A stretch of 64,000 bases of DNA from contig NW_003314291.1 of the NCBI RefSeq assembly GCF_000143415.4, positions 1,716,517-1,780,516 on the forward strand, written 5' to 3'. The notes under the pieces are model-generated. The model did no database searches. It saw only the letters and a list, made by a program, of their open reading frames with translations, and was not told the origin of the DNA. The translations under genes were made by a program, and so were the position numbers. The stretch comes from Selaginella moellendorffii (taxonomy: Eukaryota > Plantae > Lycopodiophyta). Shown piece by piece: positions 62,483 through 64,000 of the stretch (position 1 is its first letter; the number at the start of each line of letters is the position of its first letter).

Positions 62483-64000
62483 ACCCTAAAAAGCAGCTAA
62501 CCGAAGCTGTTTTAATGCTATTTTGTTTTAGATGTGCTTGCTTGAAGAGTTCGATTCCTTAGAACAAGAAATATGTTAAAACTAGCAAGGAATCCAGCTC
62601 TGACCAAATAGAAATACATATTTAAAGATTTTTTAGATTTCGTGCAGCAAGTTTGACTACAGCAAGCATACATTACACGAGTCCGCACGTGGATCAACGG
62701 AGTCCTAGATAGGGCGTAATCCCAGTTTTTAGCGGGTATTCAAAAGCCAACTATAACTCTTTCAGGAAGTTGAGAAACTCCATCAAGTCCTTGTGGTCGC
62801 TTCCTCATGGCATTAACGACGTTCACCATGGCCTCTTCTCTGATATCACTGTCATTGCTGCATGCGAGCTTCATCTAGAGAAATGGAGAGCCCAGTTCTG
62901 CTACAGTGACGTTATCTTGGGATTGTCCTGAAGTGCCTAGCAATGCTATCCTAGAACAACATGCATGACAATGTATAACAGTAAAGAGTTGTACCTTTGC
63001 AACCAGAATGATCAGACAACAGAGCTTCCTTGAACTGGCTAAATCCGTTTGGCAGAAGAAACGCAGTGGTACCAAGAAATGCAACAAATCTCTGGTTCAA
63101 ATCTCTCCTTTTGATTCTTTGTTATGAATTTCGCAAAGACCGCCTACTGACAATACTGATTTTTCGAGCAGCATAAAGACCAAGAACAAGTAAACAACGA
63201 TAAAAATATCTCAAAATTTATTATCTGACATTGAAGTTTTCTCTGGTCCAATGCAAGAACAGAAACTATCTTGATGTTTTATTGTAGCCATTTGTTTTTA
63301 AGCTTCAGAACTTGTACTGTATGGAGCAAGAACAAGGCGATGCGAACAAGGCGGGAGAGCCCTTGGCGATCCCCTGATCCATATTTATTGTTCGTGAGCT
63401 TGGCAAGGAGAGACTCAAGCAAGCATTCTGCATGAGCCATTCCGTCAGACAGGTTAGTGCCTTAGGGAGATGCAATATCTGTGGCGTCCAACGCACGCAA
63501 TCCTGTCTCGGAAGAAGGCATGGCATTGCTTCAGGCGGCACAAGATGCTGTCTGTCCAAACGAGATGGCCTCTTTGAGAGCACGCTTAGCACGATTAGCA
63601 GCATGAGACCGGGGAGCTGGTGACAATGCCAATGAGTACAACAGTGGTCGTAGTGAAGACGAGGGCAACGCTGTCAGCAGGAAGACCACCCCCAAGCGTG
63701 TCTTCTGATCAAGGCAGTGCTGCTGGTGGTGGCAATAGTAACCGGAAAAGTCCTCCAGGTATGTTTTTGAAATTTCATTATCATTCACTTTAACTTTTTC
63801 CCGTGTTTGTTCTGATAGGATCCAACACCAACAGTGCTCCCGCTGGTGGTGGCGGTGCTGCTGGAGGCGATGCTTCGGGAGCTTGAGAAGGAGAGAATTT
63901 GCACAGGAACTACTGGCGATCATGCAGCAGCTGACGCGGCAAAGACGATGTAGTGAGGAAGACATGGTAGCAACCGACACTGGAGCAAGTATCTTCTTTC

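Noticed and set aside
62700-64000. Possible gene at the right edge
   Set aside because: Frames are interrupted by stops and no family is recognisable; it cannot be resolved within the window.

Overview
Eukaryotic plant nuclear DNA with very compact genes, 45-70 nt introns, land-plant gene families and flagellar genes. This combination points to a seed-free plant with motile sperm, most likely the lycophyte Selaginella (inference). Bases 1-~11.8k are a nest of non-coding LTR-retrotransposon relics, including four copies of one ~1.13 kb LTR in mixed orientation. Bases 13.2k-46.8k are a dense block: PLS-PPR, GeBP-like, Gemin2, CRC/TSO1-like, EXO1, VQ, neutral invertase, PIG-C, OS9, an atypical CLC, a TEY MAPK, a SHIPPO-repeat protein, EBP2, a collapsed ABCB pseudogene, an exonuclease-KH gene and mtACP. 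Bases 46.9k-62.5k are four adjacent sperm/flagellum-related genes: IFT122, LRRIQ1-like, a CFAP96-like gene that the ORF track shows only as fragments and that spans the assembly gap, and a GEX2 with 8 exon-encoded repeats. The most notable points are this gamete/cilium gene run, the hidden flagellar gene, and a CLC whose selectivity motifs read GGGVTL/GQEAP instead of GSGIPE/GKEGP. Gene models were spliced by eye, and family calls come from remembered motifs, not database searches.
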